Assembly: GCA_009103225.1 (NCBI GenBank)
Contig: RHPI01003020.1
Location: 240,724 to 298,845 of the forward strand
Source of the DNA: Chlorokybus atmophyticus
Taxonomy: Eukaryota > Plantae > Mesostigma and Chlorokybus algae
Direction of reading: 5' to 3'
DNA: 58,122 nucleotides
In this document: positions 28,497 to 41,109 of the stretch, one piece after another
How the letters are laid out: the number at the start of each line of letters is the position of its first letter
Position numbering within the stretch: the stretch's first letter is position 1
Program-made: the position numbers and the translations under genes
The notes under the pieces: generated by a model
Seen by the model: the letters and a program-made list of their open reading frames with translations, nothing else
Told to the model about the DNA's origin: nothing
The model's database searches: none

Positions 28497-30384
28497 ATGG
28501 CAACCGCTTTGGACATGTCGCTTGATGACCTCATCAAGCAGACCAAGAGCAGCCGGGGCGGCGCCCGCGGCGGCTTCAGAGAACGCCGTGGTGGCCGCGG
28601 AGGAGGTGGTGGCCGAGGAGGAGGTGGCGGTGGTCGTGACGGAGATGCAGGCGGGCGTGGGGGAGGCAGGACGCGCAATGCCCTGCGGCCAGCTCCCTAC
28701 AGCTTCAAGGCATACATTGTTTCCTAGTTGCCCTACTTTTGTCGCAGTACCCCCTTTTGCGCGTGCGTCGTCGCTGCTGGTCACTTTCGCCACTTGGGCG
28801 CCTTCGTCACCAGGCTCTATGGCTGGCTGGCTGGCTGGCTCTTCTCGTGGTGGCTGCGGCAGTGGCGACGTTGCTGCTTGCTCAAACAAACGCGTGCTTG
28901 CTCCTGCTGCTGCTGTGTGCTTCTGTCTCTCCTACTCTGCGGAAACGCATCCTTCCCCTCAATCATCACATCTCCTGCAGCGCATTGTCATTAGCGTAGT
29001 AGTTTAGCATGCAGCACGCAGCCTTACACGGCTGCTCTTAATTGCTGAGGACGGGGTTTCTCGGCAAAGACACTGCTCGTATTGAGGCGCTGTTTCGTGA
29101 TGGGCAGCCGCGGAGGACGCCAACGATGGCCGTGGACATGAACCAAGTTTGGCAACACGACATGTACGATGGAGCGCCCGCTGCGGCTGGTGGAGGAGCA
29201 GTCGGGTCCATCCAGACCGGAACGAAGCTTTACATTTCAAACCTGGACCATGGTGTATCCCAGGACGACATCAAGGTGCGCTTCAGGCTGCCAGCTGCGA
29301 CTGACAATTGCGCGACTGTTGAGTTTTGAGTGGCACGTCACCTTTTCGGTGTTGGTGGGCATTGTGGTTTGTGACTGGCTGTGTGTGCTTTGCATGTTGC
29401 ACTGTGCTGCTGGTCGTTGGCTGTTGTTGGGTACAGTAACTTGCAACCAAGCATGTTTTTTTTGTTTAGTTGCCCGTACCCCATATTGGTGCCTGCTCAA
29501 GAGGTCTCTAATCTCCCATTTAATCACATGTTGATTGGTTTTCATGTTGGCTATTGCAAGTTGCAAGTTGGTCTACTGCTGCGCAGCCGCTACAGCTAGC
29601 GTCTTTCATCTTATGCACATCTTCGCCAATGGAGCTTATGGTTCTGGTACGCAGGACTTGTTTTCTGACGTTGGCGACATCAAGCGTTCTTCTTTGCATT
29701 TTGACAAGTCAGGCAGGTCAAAGGTGAGATACCTCTCTTCGCACATGGTCTGCGACAGGTGGTCAATGGTTCATTTCTGACTGTTGTTGTCTGGGCAGGG
29801 TACAGCTGAGGTGGTGTTTGCGCGGAAAGCTGATGGCCTGGCAGCAATGAAGCGCTACAATAACGTGCTGCTGGACGGCAAGCCCATGAAGATAGAGATT
29901 GTGGGCACAAACCTTCCAGCTGCTGGCTCTGGTCGCAATGGAGTTGTTGTTGTGCAAGCCCCTGCGGCTCAACCCATGTGAGTGTTGCGGTGCAGCCATT
30001 GACACAAGGCTGCTGGCACTTTCATGCTGTGTTTATTGCACTGCAGCTGAGTTCCTTGCATCTGATGCTGTGTCCCACTGCAGTCAACTTTACCAAGCTG
30101 GACCTACGCGTCGTGCTGCACCTGCTTTTGCAAGAAGGTACGAAATGGAACTTCGACTGCTTTGTTCTGGTTGCAAACAGAGCTTGAGTAGCTTTGCTGG
30201 GTAATTGACATGTTGCCGTCATAGGGGTGGTTCATCGGGGCGCGGCAGGGGTGCTGAGCGTGGACGAGGTGGGGGTCGGGGCAGAGGGTCAGGTCGTGGA
30301 CGTGGTGGTCGGTCAGCACCACCTAGTGCTGAGGACCTTGATAAGGAGTTGGACACCTACCACACTGCCAACATGGAATCGTAG
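28497..30384 (+). CDS. ALY: ALY/REF (THO complex subunit 4) mRNA export adaptor, 6 exons
   Basis: N-box LDMSLDDLIK, RGG region, WQHDMY, RRM (KLYISNLDHGVSQDDIK|DLFSDVGDIKR...SGRSK|GTAEVVF...AMKRYNNVLLDGKPMKIE), second RGG region, C-box SAEDLDKELDTYH. The first intron donor may be GC (28710). Confidence 0.95.
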
Positions 30385-30908
30385 TTACTAGCCTTGGATT
30401 GAATCACGCTTTTGTTTGACTGTGATTTATCAAGCTTTGTACATTCCTACAGCTGCACGGCACCTTCTGCAAATGCGATGAGCTGGGCTTCCCATGGCCA
30501 TCATGGGAACTGTTGAAGTTGGTTCCAGAGCAGCTTTGGACCTGACGGTGGACGTCACTGTTGGTGCCTGCGCATACACTGCTGCAGCGCCAAGTCTGCT
30601 GGCCTGCATGTTGGGGTGTAGGTGTAAGTATGGTTGTCACCATTATCTTATTGATCGTGTACTAATTGTATCTATTGTATGTATCAACATTAGCAATCGC
30701 TCGTGGCATTGACAGTTGAAAATGTCTTGCTGTGAATGAGCATATGCTGGAGTCCCTTTGTCAAGCTGCTATTATCTCCACCGTTGTCTCTTTGCTTTGT
30801 GCATGATTGTTGCAGTCATCTTGTTGGGGAACTGCCCGGCAGCCGCCTTGGAAACCAGCAAGAAGCATGCATGTTGTATTCTGTTTCAAAGTTGTACCTA
30901 TTCCTGCA

Positions 30909-31029
30909 GATTTCAACCTTTCGTGTGCCCTGCGCTCTTCTATAGAATCGGCCTTACCGCCGCCTGTAGCGATGTGGGGATAAGGTATGCTGTAAGCCGG
31001 GTACTTCGTGCACACGAAAGGTTAAAATC
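30909..31029. repeat. Small inverted repeat (20-bp arms, 81-bp spacer)
   Basis: gatttcaacctttcgtgtgc (30909-30928) versus gcacacgaaaggttaaaatc (31010-31029), one mismatch. Confidence 0.75.
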
Positions 31030-31869
31030 AGTAATAATGGCAATTAGAAATGCATGTTTAGCCACAATCAGTGTATCATGTACATGTATAATGATTAATA
31101 CCATACGCACTTGCATGAATTTGCATCAACTTACCAATGGCAATCAAGTCAACCAAACACTAAAGTAAACATGATGAGATATGGTTATGTTGCCATGCCG
31201 ATAATGCAATGCCGGCCGTGCCATTATAGAGCTTACAACTTGGCAACCGGGCTATTCCTCACATAGACTTAGTTAAACATGCTGGTTAACTTGTGTACCG
31301 ATATCAAACACTGGTAATGATAAGTGTAAATGCGTACACTGCTGCACCTATTGCTCGCACTTGTCACAGCTTCATTTGCGCTTCAAGGTTTGCCAATAGG
31401 TTGTGAACCTATCAGATGCATCAATTTGAGTGCGATGCATGTGCAAGACATGCGCGCGTACACACACAGTTTGGTCGATCACAAAGTGCAATGCGCCATG
31501 AAGTTATAAGCACAACTCTTCAACACACATGGCAAGCACATGCTGATCAGGATATGTCAACACGACGTAGACCCAAAGACATGGATATGGGACGATGGCA
31601 GCAGCTCAGGCAATTGCCCCTTTCCGTTCCTTTGGTACATGGATACAAGTTAGATATGAGGCTACGCTTTAACGACCGCACTATGAGGACAACCTTCAAG
31701 CATATAGCGTGGGAGGTGCTATGTGCATAGGTGCCAATCTCAGCAACCATCCAACCAACACCTTGCAGCTTGAATTAACTCAACTATGAACACATTTGAC
31801 TGGCTTGTGACGATGACACTTACCCAACGCCATGCCAAGCTTGTCATGATACACAATCCAACCCTCCAA

Positions 31870-34800
31870 TCACTTGTTGTTCAATATGGGGTTGACATAC
31901 ACCGGCCAGACGCCCAAATCCGCAGCAACGTAGTGATCGCTCTCAGAAAGATCGTGCGGCTTAAGGGAGTTGTTGATGATGCCGTTCACCTGCAAGCACA
32001 CACGTGAGTGATCGTCAACACCGTCACTCCGATATGAAAGCACCAGCGTTTAGGGGTTGATGTGGTGCAATACGTGACCAGTTTCTAAGATGTAATGAGC
32101 AGGAGTGTCAACTGCTGTACCTGTCGCGTAAATGTGTCATCTTTGAAGAAGTCTGTTACATCCGTGCCGAAGGGGTTTTCAATCTGCACTGCCGTTTCAT
32201 TCAACCCGAAGTAACTCATTGCCAGAAGAGTCTCCACCTGCAGCAGCCATAATCCATTTCCTTATTGACCATTCACACCAGTTCAGTCTCAACATGCTGA
32301 TTGCAGACACGCACCGGGATAGTGAGCCACTCCATTTTGGAGACAAGAGCGCATGGGAATGTGTATACGAGCAGGTTCATCAGCAATGTGCCGATATGTG
32401 CATATAGGGGTGGGAATGGCGTGGTCGCAATCTTCGCAGAACCTAGCACACGCAACGACACTTAGCATAGCAGACTTCATGCCTTAAGTCTCACGAACTG
32501 GAGGTGGCTTACACAACATGCACATCCGTGACATAAAACTTAACACTGACATGGACGGCTGCAGCGCTTGAATTGAAACACACGCACTTGATAACAATGG
32601 TAGCATGAAAGACAGCGATTGAGACAGCCATTGCAGCTGTGCTCAAATTGACAATAACGACCAAAAAATGCTTTGCAGAGCACCACCCACTATCACCCAT
32701 GCAGCCATTGGCTGCTGAAGCACACGCTGCATTAATAATAGTGGGTGATGGTGCATGATGCATTGCTGCGAAAGAAGCTTGCTTGCTTGCTTGTAGTGTT
32801 GTCGGCAACATTGACTTGCGGGTAAAACAAGCGTACGACATCCAGCAGATTGCGACAGGTTGTTAGCGCGGACTGCAGCATGGGTAACATGGCAACCAAC
32901 TGACTACATAAGATGAGCGTTGGCAGGAAATGCATCATTGCAATGACCACACATGATGTGACAGATTACGCATCTTTGTCTCTGACAAACAGTGACACTT
33001 ATTGTGACGTTGTCTGGTCTCTTGTACCACCGTATGAGCCAACACGTGGCAGTTCTTGTGCGTAATGTAGTCTTATTGAAGGGCATACGCACCTTGGAGA
33101 GCAGGAATCATTGCGCTGATCGTATTCTCCAGCATCATCGTCTGCATGCTGCAAGGATGCATATAAACTCAGTACAAGCCAGCGCACGCAATGTAGTGTC
33201 AAACCACTCACCGCATGTCACTGTAGTCGCCGTGAAACAATTGCTGCTTAATGCCCACCTCCAACGCATACTGCACGCAGTCCAACAACCAACAATGCTT
33301 AAGCAAAAGGTGTTACAGCACAGCACAGGCATGTTGACATGATGACCATGCGACTGCTTGTGCAATTGCAAGCATCACAAAACTATGCATGTGAGATGTA
33401 GGGCACCTGCTGCAACCAGCCCATGGCTGTCATGTGTGGAGCAGAGCTTGCCCTTAGCGCAGCCTGCGAGGAACAACATGCTTGCTACATGCGCTCCTCG
33501 AACAGTTCAAGAGTATCGAGCTGCATGCTGGCAGCTGACCTGTTTTGACTTTTGTGCATAAAGAACATACGTGAAGGACATGCGCAAATACATACATACC
33601 ACTTCAGCTAAAGAAGCTTCCTCATATTCCGCTGTGCTGATGTTCATAGTGTCTGACCTGCACACAACTTGCACAAAGTCACATGACCAGATACAGGACA
33701 ACAACACGCGACAACGACGAACGGAGCGACACATGTCGTGTCCTCACTTGGCCAGCAGAAACACCACAAAGGCTCTGAAGAACAACCGCAGGCGTCGTGC
33801 AAACTCCAACCGCGCAAGCGTTTGCCTCTCGCCCCGCCCTTGGATGAAAGAGGAAGCCTACAACAGGACGTTATTTATGCCGAGAAAACTGGGATGAGCG
33901 CATCCAACTCAGGTTGCTTGTGAGCATGATCCTGTTAGCTTGCTGCCACACCTTCGATGAGAAGTCTGCAAGGCTTCCCACAACAGCGCCCAAGTGACTC
34001 CTGCCTTCCCAAAACCGTCTGAACGTGCAACCACAAAGTTTACCACAAGAGAGTTGATGATGCGCAACGGGAACACGATCATGTAACAAACACAACATAC
34101 TATGTACTGGTCATTTTGAGCCTTACGAGTACGCTTGTTGGCTGCGGAAAACTGTGAAGAAAGAAAGCAGTGTGCCCAGGACTGTGTGACCTGTGCTGTC
34201 TATGCTTCCTGCACAGGAGTGATGAGATAAGCAGAGCTATCGTGTTGCACTGTTGTAAAGGTGTAAAGAAAGCAAGTGTTGGTGCTATATGCAAGCAAAG
34301 CAGGCCATCCTTACGTCTCACCAATGTCTGCTTCCGTGTAGCACGTTGCCACTAACAGCGCAATGCCGGAGGCAATCCACACGCGCTTAGATATCCGTGG
34401 CAGGACAGTTTCTTCAAGGTTATCTAGCGGCCAAGCCAACTGCACATACAGCTGCATAATCAGGCAGTAGACGCCTGAAGACATAGCTGACAGGATGCGT
34501 GTGAACGCAACAGTCTGTCCATTGGTGCTTGCTTGTGCGTACCAGAATATGGCAAGCTGGTAAGCACATAACAAACAGCAACAGCAACAGCAACAGCAAC
34601 AAGCATGAGCATCTGAAGGTGCGTGCGCGCACACACACGCTCATGCTCACGCAATGCATGTATGCGCGCGCGTGCACCTGCATATGCTCACGCTCATGCA
34701 TACAGATGCACTACGCATGCAAAAACGCACCAGTGATTCAATAGAGAACGCTGGGGAGGGAGACTCTGCAGCATGATGTCCCAGCGACGCTTGACACGGG

Positions 34801-35344
34801 AGGGTTCCTTTTAAAGATAATCTCGAACGTCTTTTCCAAGCATTTCTGATGCTGAACTGCTGTCCTCTCTACAGTCAAACGACAATGGAAGTTCAAACAC
34901 TGACTCAGCACAACTTGGACAGGCAACATTCTGCATGCATTGCATGAGATTGCACTGACCCTTCGGCCTGCGGTAGTTGTCAACCAGCAGCAGCAGCTTT
35001 GGCGTTTCTGACAAAGCCAAGCACGCCGCCTGTCCACCACCGCAACCTGAAGAGAGCGTAAGCAAGCACATGGCCGCAGCATTGTCGTTTGAGGACGAAT
35101 AAATAGCTCTCTGGCAAATTTAGGGTATCATCAACGAAGGCACAGCGTACAGAATTGACAAAATAGCCCCTTTGGCAAGGCACACCGACAGCATGCCCAT
35201 GAAACAAGGACCACAAAACCAATCTTCCAACCCCAGTCACGGGCAGGACTCGCTGCGTACGTGTCTGCTGCTTCCCACCAGCGCAGCACAGCCAGCTGAC
35301 TCTACGGAGGTCGCCGCCCCCGCTGCCGTCCACGACGACGCCAT
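31870..35344 (-). CDS. Bestrophin-like (UPF0187/bacterial-type) anion channel with transit-peptide-like N-terminus, multi-exon
   Basis: Spliced motifs ETVLPRISKRVWIASGIALLV, HTVLGTLLSFFTVFRSQQAYS|RFWEGRSHLGAVV, RRLRLFFRAFVVFL, APHMTAMGWLQQ, ENTISAMIPALQG|SAKIATTPFPPLYAH..LLVYTFPCALV..WLTIP|VETLLAMSYFGLNETAVQIENPFGTD. All junctions are phase-compatible GT-AG. The N-terminal ~100 aa (MASSWTAAGAA...) are S/A/R-rich and poor in acidic residues. Confidence 0.88.
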
Positions 35345-36802
35345 GCTGCTCACATTGAGCTGAGCAGCTCTGTTGTGTGCTGCTGTTCCGTCACCCGCCA
35401 AAAGCGCTGCTCGCTGGCACAGGCACGTCACCCTCGACACGGACTAGGTGGCTTAACTACCGACGTAGGCACACACAAGCATACACACACATTTGTGGTT
35501 TGTAACAGTGTCATTGGCATTGAAGCAATTGCATCTTGCTTCATGTATGCACGCTGTACCTATGCACACCCTCCGAGGATCAATATGTATGCACATATAG
35601 CATGGGAACACATCTCCCACCAGCCAATTTCAACCATATGTAAGCATTTGCACACATTATCTATGCATATTAAACATGGCCCGATTGTGCATACAACCAG
35701 AGAAAACATATGGATTGGAACATATTATTGTACGTGATATATTTGAGATTAATAAAATGAAAATAGACTTTTTTTGATTGATAATTTTAATTACTCATTA
35801 TCGATAAGTTATATTTAATATAAACAACTCGCAATGTGCACATTGTTGGTGTGCAAGGGAGGCTTAACTGCAAGGCGTGTCTCGCCTTGAGGATGCGTAC
35901 TTATCCAAAATGCGAGTGTGCACATCATGAGAAGGGAGTGGAGCTGCAGGGAGCTGAGCAGCATTTGCGAGTGCGCAATCGAGTTGGAAAAGCTGCAGAG
36001 GGTGCATGCGACAGTGGTGATGAAGTGACAGAGTACAAGAGTTAATGAGAAGGAAGGAAGTATACGGGTGGTCCCCTTAGCTTGGTAGGAGGTGATAGTC
36101 ACTCAACAAGCTTATAGACTAGGATGCATGTACAAGCACACAGCGGTCATAGCTATCAATGTGTTAATTCGCTTGGCTTCTAAGCAAGCATGGTTACGTA
36201 CTGCAAGCATCTAGCCAACTTAAGCAATTGCATACCCCAACAATGAAGAATGCGATTGTGCACGGTATGCAAAGTACTGTGGTGAAAGGGAGATGATATA
36301 GTCCGCAGGTAACGGGGCAGTGGCCACGCCACAAAAGAAGCACGAACGTGCGCAAGCAAAAACCACATTGAGCAGGTTAAAGACACAGAGCAAAGGGTGT
36401 ACAACACAAGGGTTCAAACAACAGCTCACAGTAGTATAGCTCTCGCTCTAAGCCACGTGCACGCGGTTCGCCTACGGATGGTGACATTGAATGTGTTGGG
36501 TGTAACGACGTCGCTTCCGCGCTAATCGGCTTGCGTGCAACTTACCGCCGACCGCTTGCTGAGGGTTTGCTTATAGAAATGTCGATGTTGGCGGCCGCCA
36601 CAACTTTCGCCTCTCATTAGCTGACACCGGGGGTAGTGTCGATGGGTCTTGTAACGATGTCAGCCACCGCGTGAACCGGTTCGACCAATCCTGTTGCTGA
36701 TGGGGGGGCACAAGGGGTGAGGGGGAAATGCATGCCGAGAGTCGTCGTGACATTATGCATACTGAGAGGTTTATGCGCAGCTTGCAGAATGTGCATAGTT
36801 GT

Positions 36803-37053
36803 AACATCGGCGCCTTAACCACTAGACTACGGCAGCAAAAGTCGCTGCCATAGGGAGCTACATGCCTAATATGTCCCATATTATATATATGTTACACTCC
36901 TCCCAACCCATTACCCATGGGGATCGCCCTGCATGAACTAAACACGGCGACTTACCCACGTTATCAATCGAGCTCACTGCGATATGAGACATGTGGCTCC
37001 TCCTATGGCAGCGACTTTTGCTGCCATAGCTTAATAGTTAAGGCGCCGATGTT
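36803..37053. repeat. Inverted repeat pair (~63-bp arms) each containing an internal stem-loop
   Basis: Arm 36803-36864 is the reverse complement of 36990-37053 (about 85% identical). Perfect hairpin CTATGGCAGC-GACTTTT-GCTGCCATAG at 37003-37029. Confidence 0.85.
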
Positions 37054-38816
37054 GCATAAGCAAAGGTTAACCAAATTTTACTTACATTACATTTACGAAG
37101 ATTTCAAAAATTTAAATGGGTCTCATCGCATCATCAGCTGAGATGATGGAATTGCTATCTATTTGCACGGGATCCCCTCATCATCTCTGTAGATACATGC
37201 GGCTTGAAAAACTTTGCTAATGATTCGTAAAACGTAAAAATACATATAAAGTGCCTCACGTTGTATTTTGTTTTGGAGATTGTGGGCCTTGGTAATTATC
37301 AGATTATAACACCAACATCAATGAACTCATTTAACTTTGATGGTCGTATCAGCAAAAGGTTGAATTGTGAAATGATCTTTAAAAGTAACTGTTAAACGTA
37401 ATATCATTTGCACTACAGTATATATTTAATCGCACTCGTGTCACTAGGGTCGTTTGGGGGCAATGCGCACCCCATGGCTAGTACTGCTTCTCTTGCTGAG
37501 GCAAAATGCGACGGTATGCACAAGCGACCCCTGTGGCGGTTTGTTACGGTAGCAAGTGTATGAGCGCTGCATGCAGCAGCGAGCCCATTATAATATCAAG
37601 CAGCTCGAGTCGATCTTCGTCATCGCTTACTTTGTAGTGCAAAGGTATGCTTGTGTATGTTTACTTGAGTGCACGGTTTAACATGCAACACGAATGTCCT
37701 ATTGAGATGTGCACAACACTTTTCATGTATGCGTATGTAAACACACCTCAATACTTAAGTAACACCTTTGTTGTGTCAAGCTTAGCCTTTCCTTGCCCAA
37801 CATGCACTTTTGTTAGTGTGTGTTTAAGTTGTTCAGCACGTCCCCCATCTCCCCCCCCCCCCCCCCCCCCCAACACGATGGGTTGGGACNGACGTGGCTA
37901 TGATTGTGTGTCATACAAGTCGAATAGCGTGAGCAGTCGATTTTCAAACACATTTGCATCAATAACCCTCACATAGGCAAATGCATGCGCGCTTGTAAGC
38001 CACCCCGACCATGCGACCGTTTCTTGAACGATTGAGGATGTGAGAGGTTGCAATTTGCAATGATCTTATTGCGTTGTTGTTTAACAGCAACGTTGGCAAT
38101 GTCTATATAGCACCCCAAGGGGTACAAACTTAACTTAACTTTCATGCGTTCATGCAAGCATGGTCCCTAAGCTGCCAATGATTGCTATTTAACCGTCACA
38201 AACATCATATCTTTAGATCAGATGCTTCTCATCGCGTTGGCGCGTCGCATCACAACGGTAATAGTTGTGTAGCGGGTCCATCAATTGTTTATATCTCTTG
38301 TGTATACCCAACCCGAATGTAAAAATGGGCTCGACGGGCGTACGTAAGGGTTTCCATGACTGTTGTTAAAGTGTCGTGTGATCTTTGACCTTTACCTGAT
38401 GATACCATCAGCACCATTGCACTGCACATTGTAATTTTCTTCAACCATTGATATGCATCACAAGAATTTTCAACATCAATAATTTAACTACAGGGGGAAG
38501 GCAGCAACGGCTCATGCACACTAGGAATGTAGCTATTCATCCAAACACAGCATAGTCAGTGCAAAGGTTATACGCAGGTTATACACATTGAACAAGCTTT
38601 GCCAAAGATGAGGTGCAAACAAGATTATCACACTTGTTTGCATGCTATGTACATGTATTCGTGCGCCTAAGAAGAAAAAGGAAGGCGGTTGCCATATTTG
38701 TTGCCAAATGATGTCGCCACTTCCATGCCGTCGTGTTTCTTGCGCAATTAGAACAGTGACTCACATGTGTTATAACCAGCCATTCGCCTGCGAATCGGGG
38801 TAAGCCGGTTGGCATT

Positions 38817-39605
38817 GATGCTGTCGACATAAGCATGTGCTGTCCATACAAAACCGTGCACTATGTGAAAGCAGCTATAGGAACCAAGCACTATGCAGGC
38901 CAAAGCACTGGCCTTGGCATGTTCAATTTGCTAATGCAGTGAGTTCTGCACCTTGCATAGCATGCATTACGGAGGGGTCTTGCTGTCTATATGAACTGTG
39001 AAATTGCAATGGCAACAGTCTAATGGCCTACCAAGCATTCAACAAGTCCTGACTGCAAAGACCTCATGGGTTCTACAAGATTGGCCTTGATGGCAAGAGT
39101 AACAGTTCTCAAAAGGCAAGAAAAGAGAAACTAACGGAGAAGATCATCCATCACATCCAGAACCAAAATCGCATGACTGCCTACAACAAGCCTGTAGAGA
39201 GGTGCGACAGCTTGCTGCCGCCTGCTGTGTTGTGAGATAGCTTGTTGCCTGCAGTCGGTAGTCATGCGAGTTTAGTTCTAGATTGGATGGATAACCTTGT
39301 TCGTCAATTTCTCTTTCTTGGCCTTGGAGCTACTGTCACTCTTGCCACAAAAGCCTTGTCTTGTGAAACCTGCGGGGTCTTTACAGCAAGGACTTGTTGA
39401 ATGCTTGATAGCCTGTCAGACTTTTGCCACTGCAATTGCACAGTTAACACAATCGGCAATCTCACCGACTATGTTAACCCCTCGGTGACGTATGCTATGC
39501 AAGGTGCAGAACTCACTGGCTTTGGCATGTTGCTTGGTTCCTCCAGCTGCTTGCACATGGTTAACGGTTCTGCTGGACAACACATACTTATGAGGACAGC
39601 ATCAT
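38817..39605. repeat. Long imperfect palindrome (~370-bp arms, ~50-bp spacer)
   Basis: About 38817-39190 aligns by eye to the reverse complement of about 39241-39605. Shared blocks include ggaaccaagc, cagtgagttctgcaccttgcatagcat, caagcattcaacaagtcc, aaagagaaa and cgcatgact. Confidence 0.85.
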
Positions 39606-40030
39606 GTGATGACATCGAGATGTACTACTACATGGTGAACGGTTCTGCGTGGACAACGCATGCTTATGGGGAGCATCATTGTGATGACATTGAGATGTAC
39701 TACTGCAGCTGCTTGCACATGGTAAACGGTTCTACATGGACAGCACATGCTTACGCACATGTGGTTCTGCCTGCCTGCCTACCTTCTAGCAGAGCCTGTA
39801 GTGCTTGCATGCAGAAGAGAGTACCGTTGCTAGGCGGTTGTTGCAAGCACGCCAGCAACCGGAGCAAACATGTGCATGCACGCGCTCACCGTGCATGCGT
39901 GCAAGCATGCAACTGTAACTGCACTTTGTGAGTGAAAACAGAGCACAGGTGCATGCATGCAAGCACTGTACCCTCTGCTAGAAGGCAGGCAAACAGGCAG
40001 GCAGAACCATATGCATGACACATGTGCGTA
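39546..40030. repeat. Approx. 2.5 tandem copies of a ~75-85 bp unit followed by a second inverted repeat
   Basis: The unit acatggt.aacggttct...gatgacat.gagatgtactact recurs in 39546-39760. About 39750-39822 is the inverted copy of about 39955-40030 (gttctgcctgcctg...ccttctagcagag...agtgcttgcatgca). Confidence 0.8.
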
Positions 40031-41109
40031 TGTTCTGACGTCAAACGCCTCGCTTTTTACCTGCCGGTGGTGGTGGTGGTGGTGGTGGGTGTGGGGTGGG
40101 TGATGTGTGCGGGTTGGGGGTGGGGGTGGGGGCTTACCTTCACCTGTCGCAGACGCCATGATCTTCAGGAGGATCCCAGCCAGGCGACCACCTTCGCCGC
40201 CGGCAATGCCGTCAATGCCAAGACGCCGGCACGGTACGGCACGGCCAGGATGCGTGCCACCCGCCAGCAGCAACGGTAAGAAGGACACCACCGCCGCCGC
40301 CGCCGACAATGACGACTGCCCTCAAACACGACAACAGTGTGGAACGATTTATCCAACTTGCAAGCACAGATACCGGTGACATCATCCAAACAGGCGCAGC
40401 GTCATAGATGCATGCACGACTTCAGGATGACATTGAAGTGCTGGAGGAGGCGGGGCTGGCACCCACATCAGACTTGCATGTAGGCAGCACAGCTTTGCCT
40501 GCAGTACGCCCTCGCCAAGGACACCCAGCCGGGGGCAAGGTCCCGCATGGAGGCTCTCGCTGCATCCCCTGCCTAGGCTGGACGTCAGGGCTGGGATATG
40601 TTACTACAACCAAACAATGCTGTTGCGTGATGGTAGTTATTGTTAGTATATACATCAACCTCACACGCAACATCTATGCTTGTTTGCACAATGCTGCATC
40701 CAAACAAGCAGTTAGTCCTGGTTGTTAAGGGGTGTTGTTCCTAACTTTGTTCAAGACGTTGTGATGACTCGTTGATGAGTCAATGATGACGCTTGCACAA
40801 AAAAAGTACCAAGTCATGATAACATCTCTGAAAAAAACGACTTGGTCATTGCTTCAGGACGCAACAAGTCACTGAGCTCACTTGGAAGACAGCAGAACAG
40901 CTGCAGGAAAGCTTGATGATCATGATCTCCAGACCACACGCAACAACCTGGCCTGCCTAAGTCCATGGAAATTGCTATGCTTGAACATAGCTACCCTCTC
41001 ACCTCTCACAACATCTCTGTACATGTGCTACGCAGCCAACCAAATAACCTATGTACACTATGTACTTGAAGGCATGTACACTCGCGTGCAGACAATTCAC
41101 ACCCAATTG

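Noticed and set aside
31416-31730. 104-aa plus-strand ORF convergent with the bestrophin 3' end
   Set aside because: It looks vaguely protein-like but has no motif or supporting exons.
35836-37640. Possible transposase remnants (CxxC-like at about 36260, PLWRFVT BED-like at about 37530)
   Set aside because: Matches are only a few residues long and interrupted by stops, which is not enough to call an element.
40100-41000. GC-rich exon-like pieces with splice donors
   Set aside because: Could not be assembled into a coherent gene on either strand.
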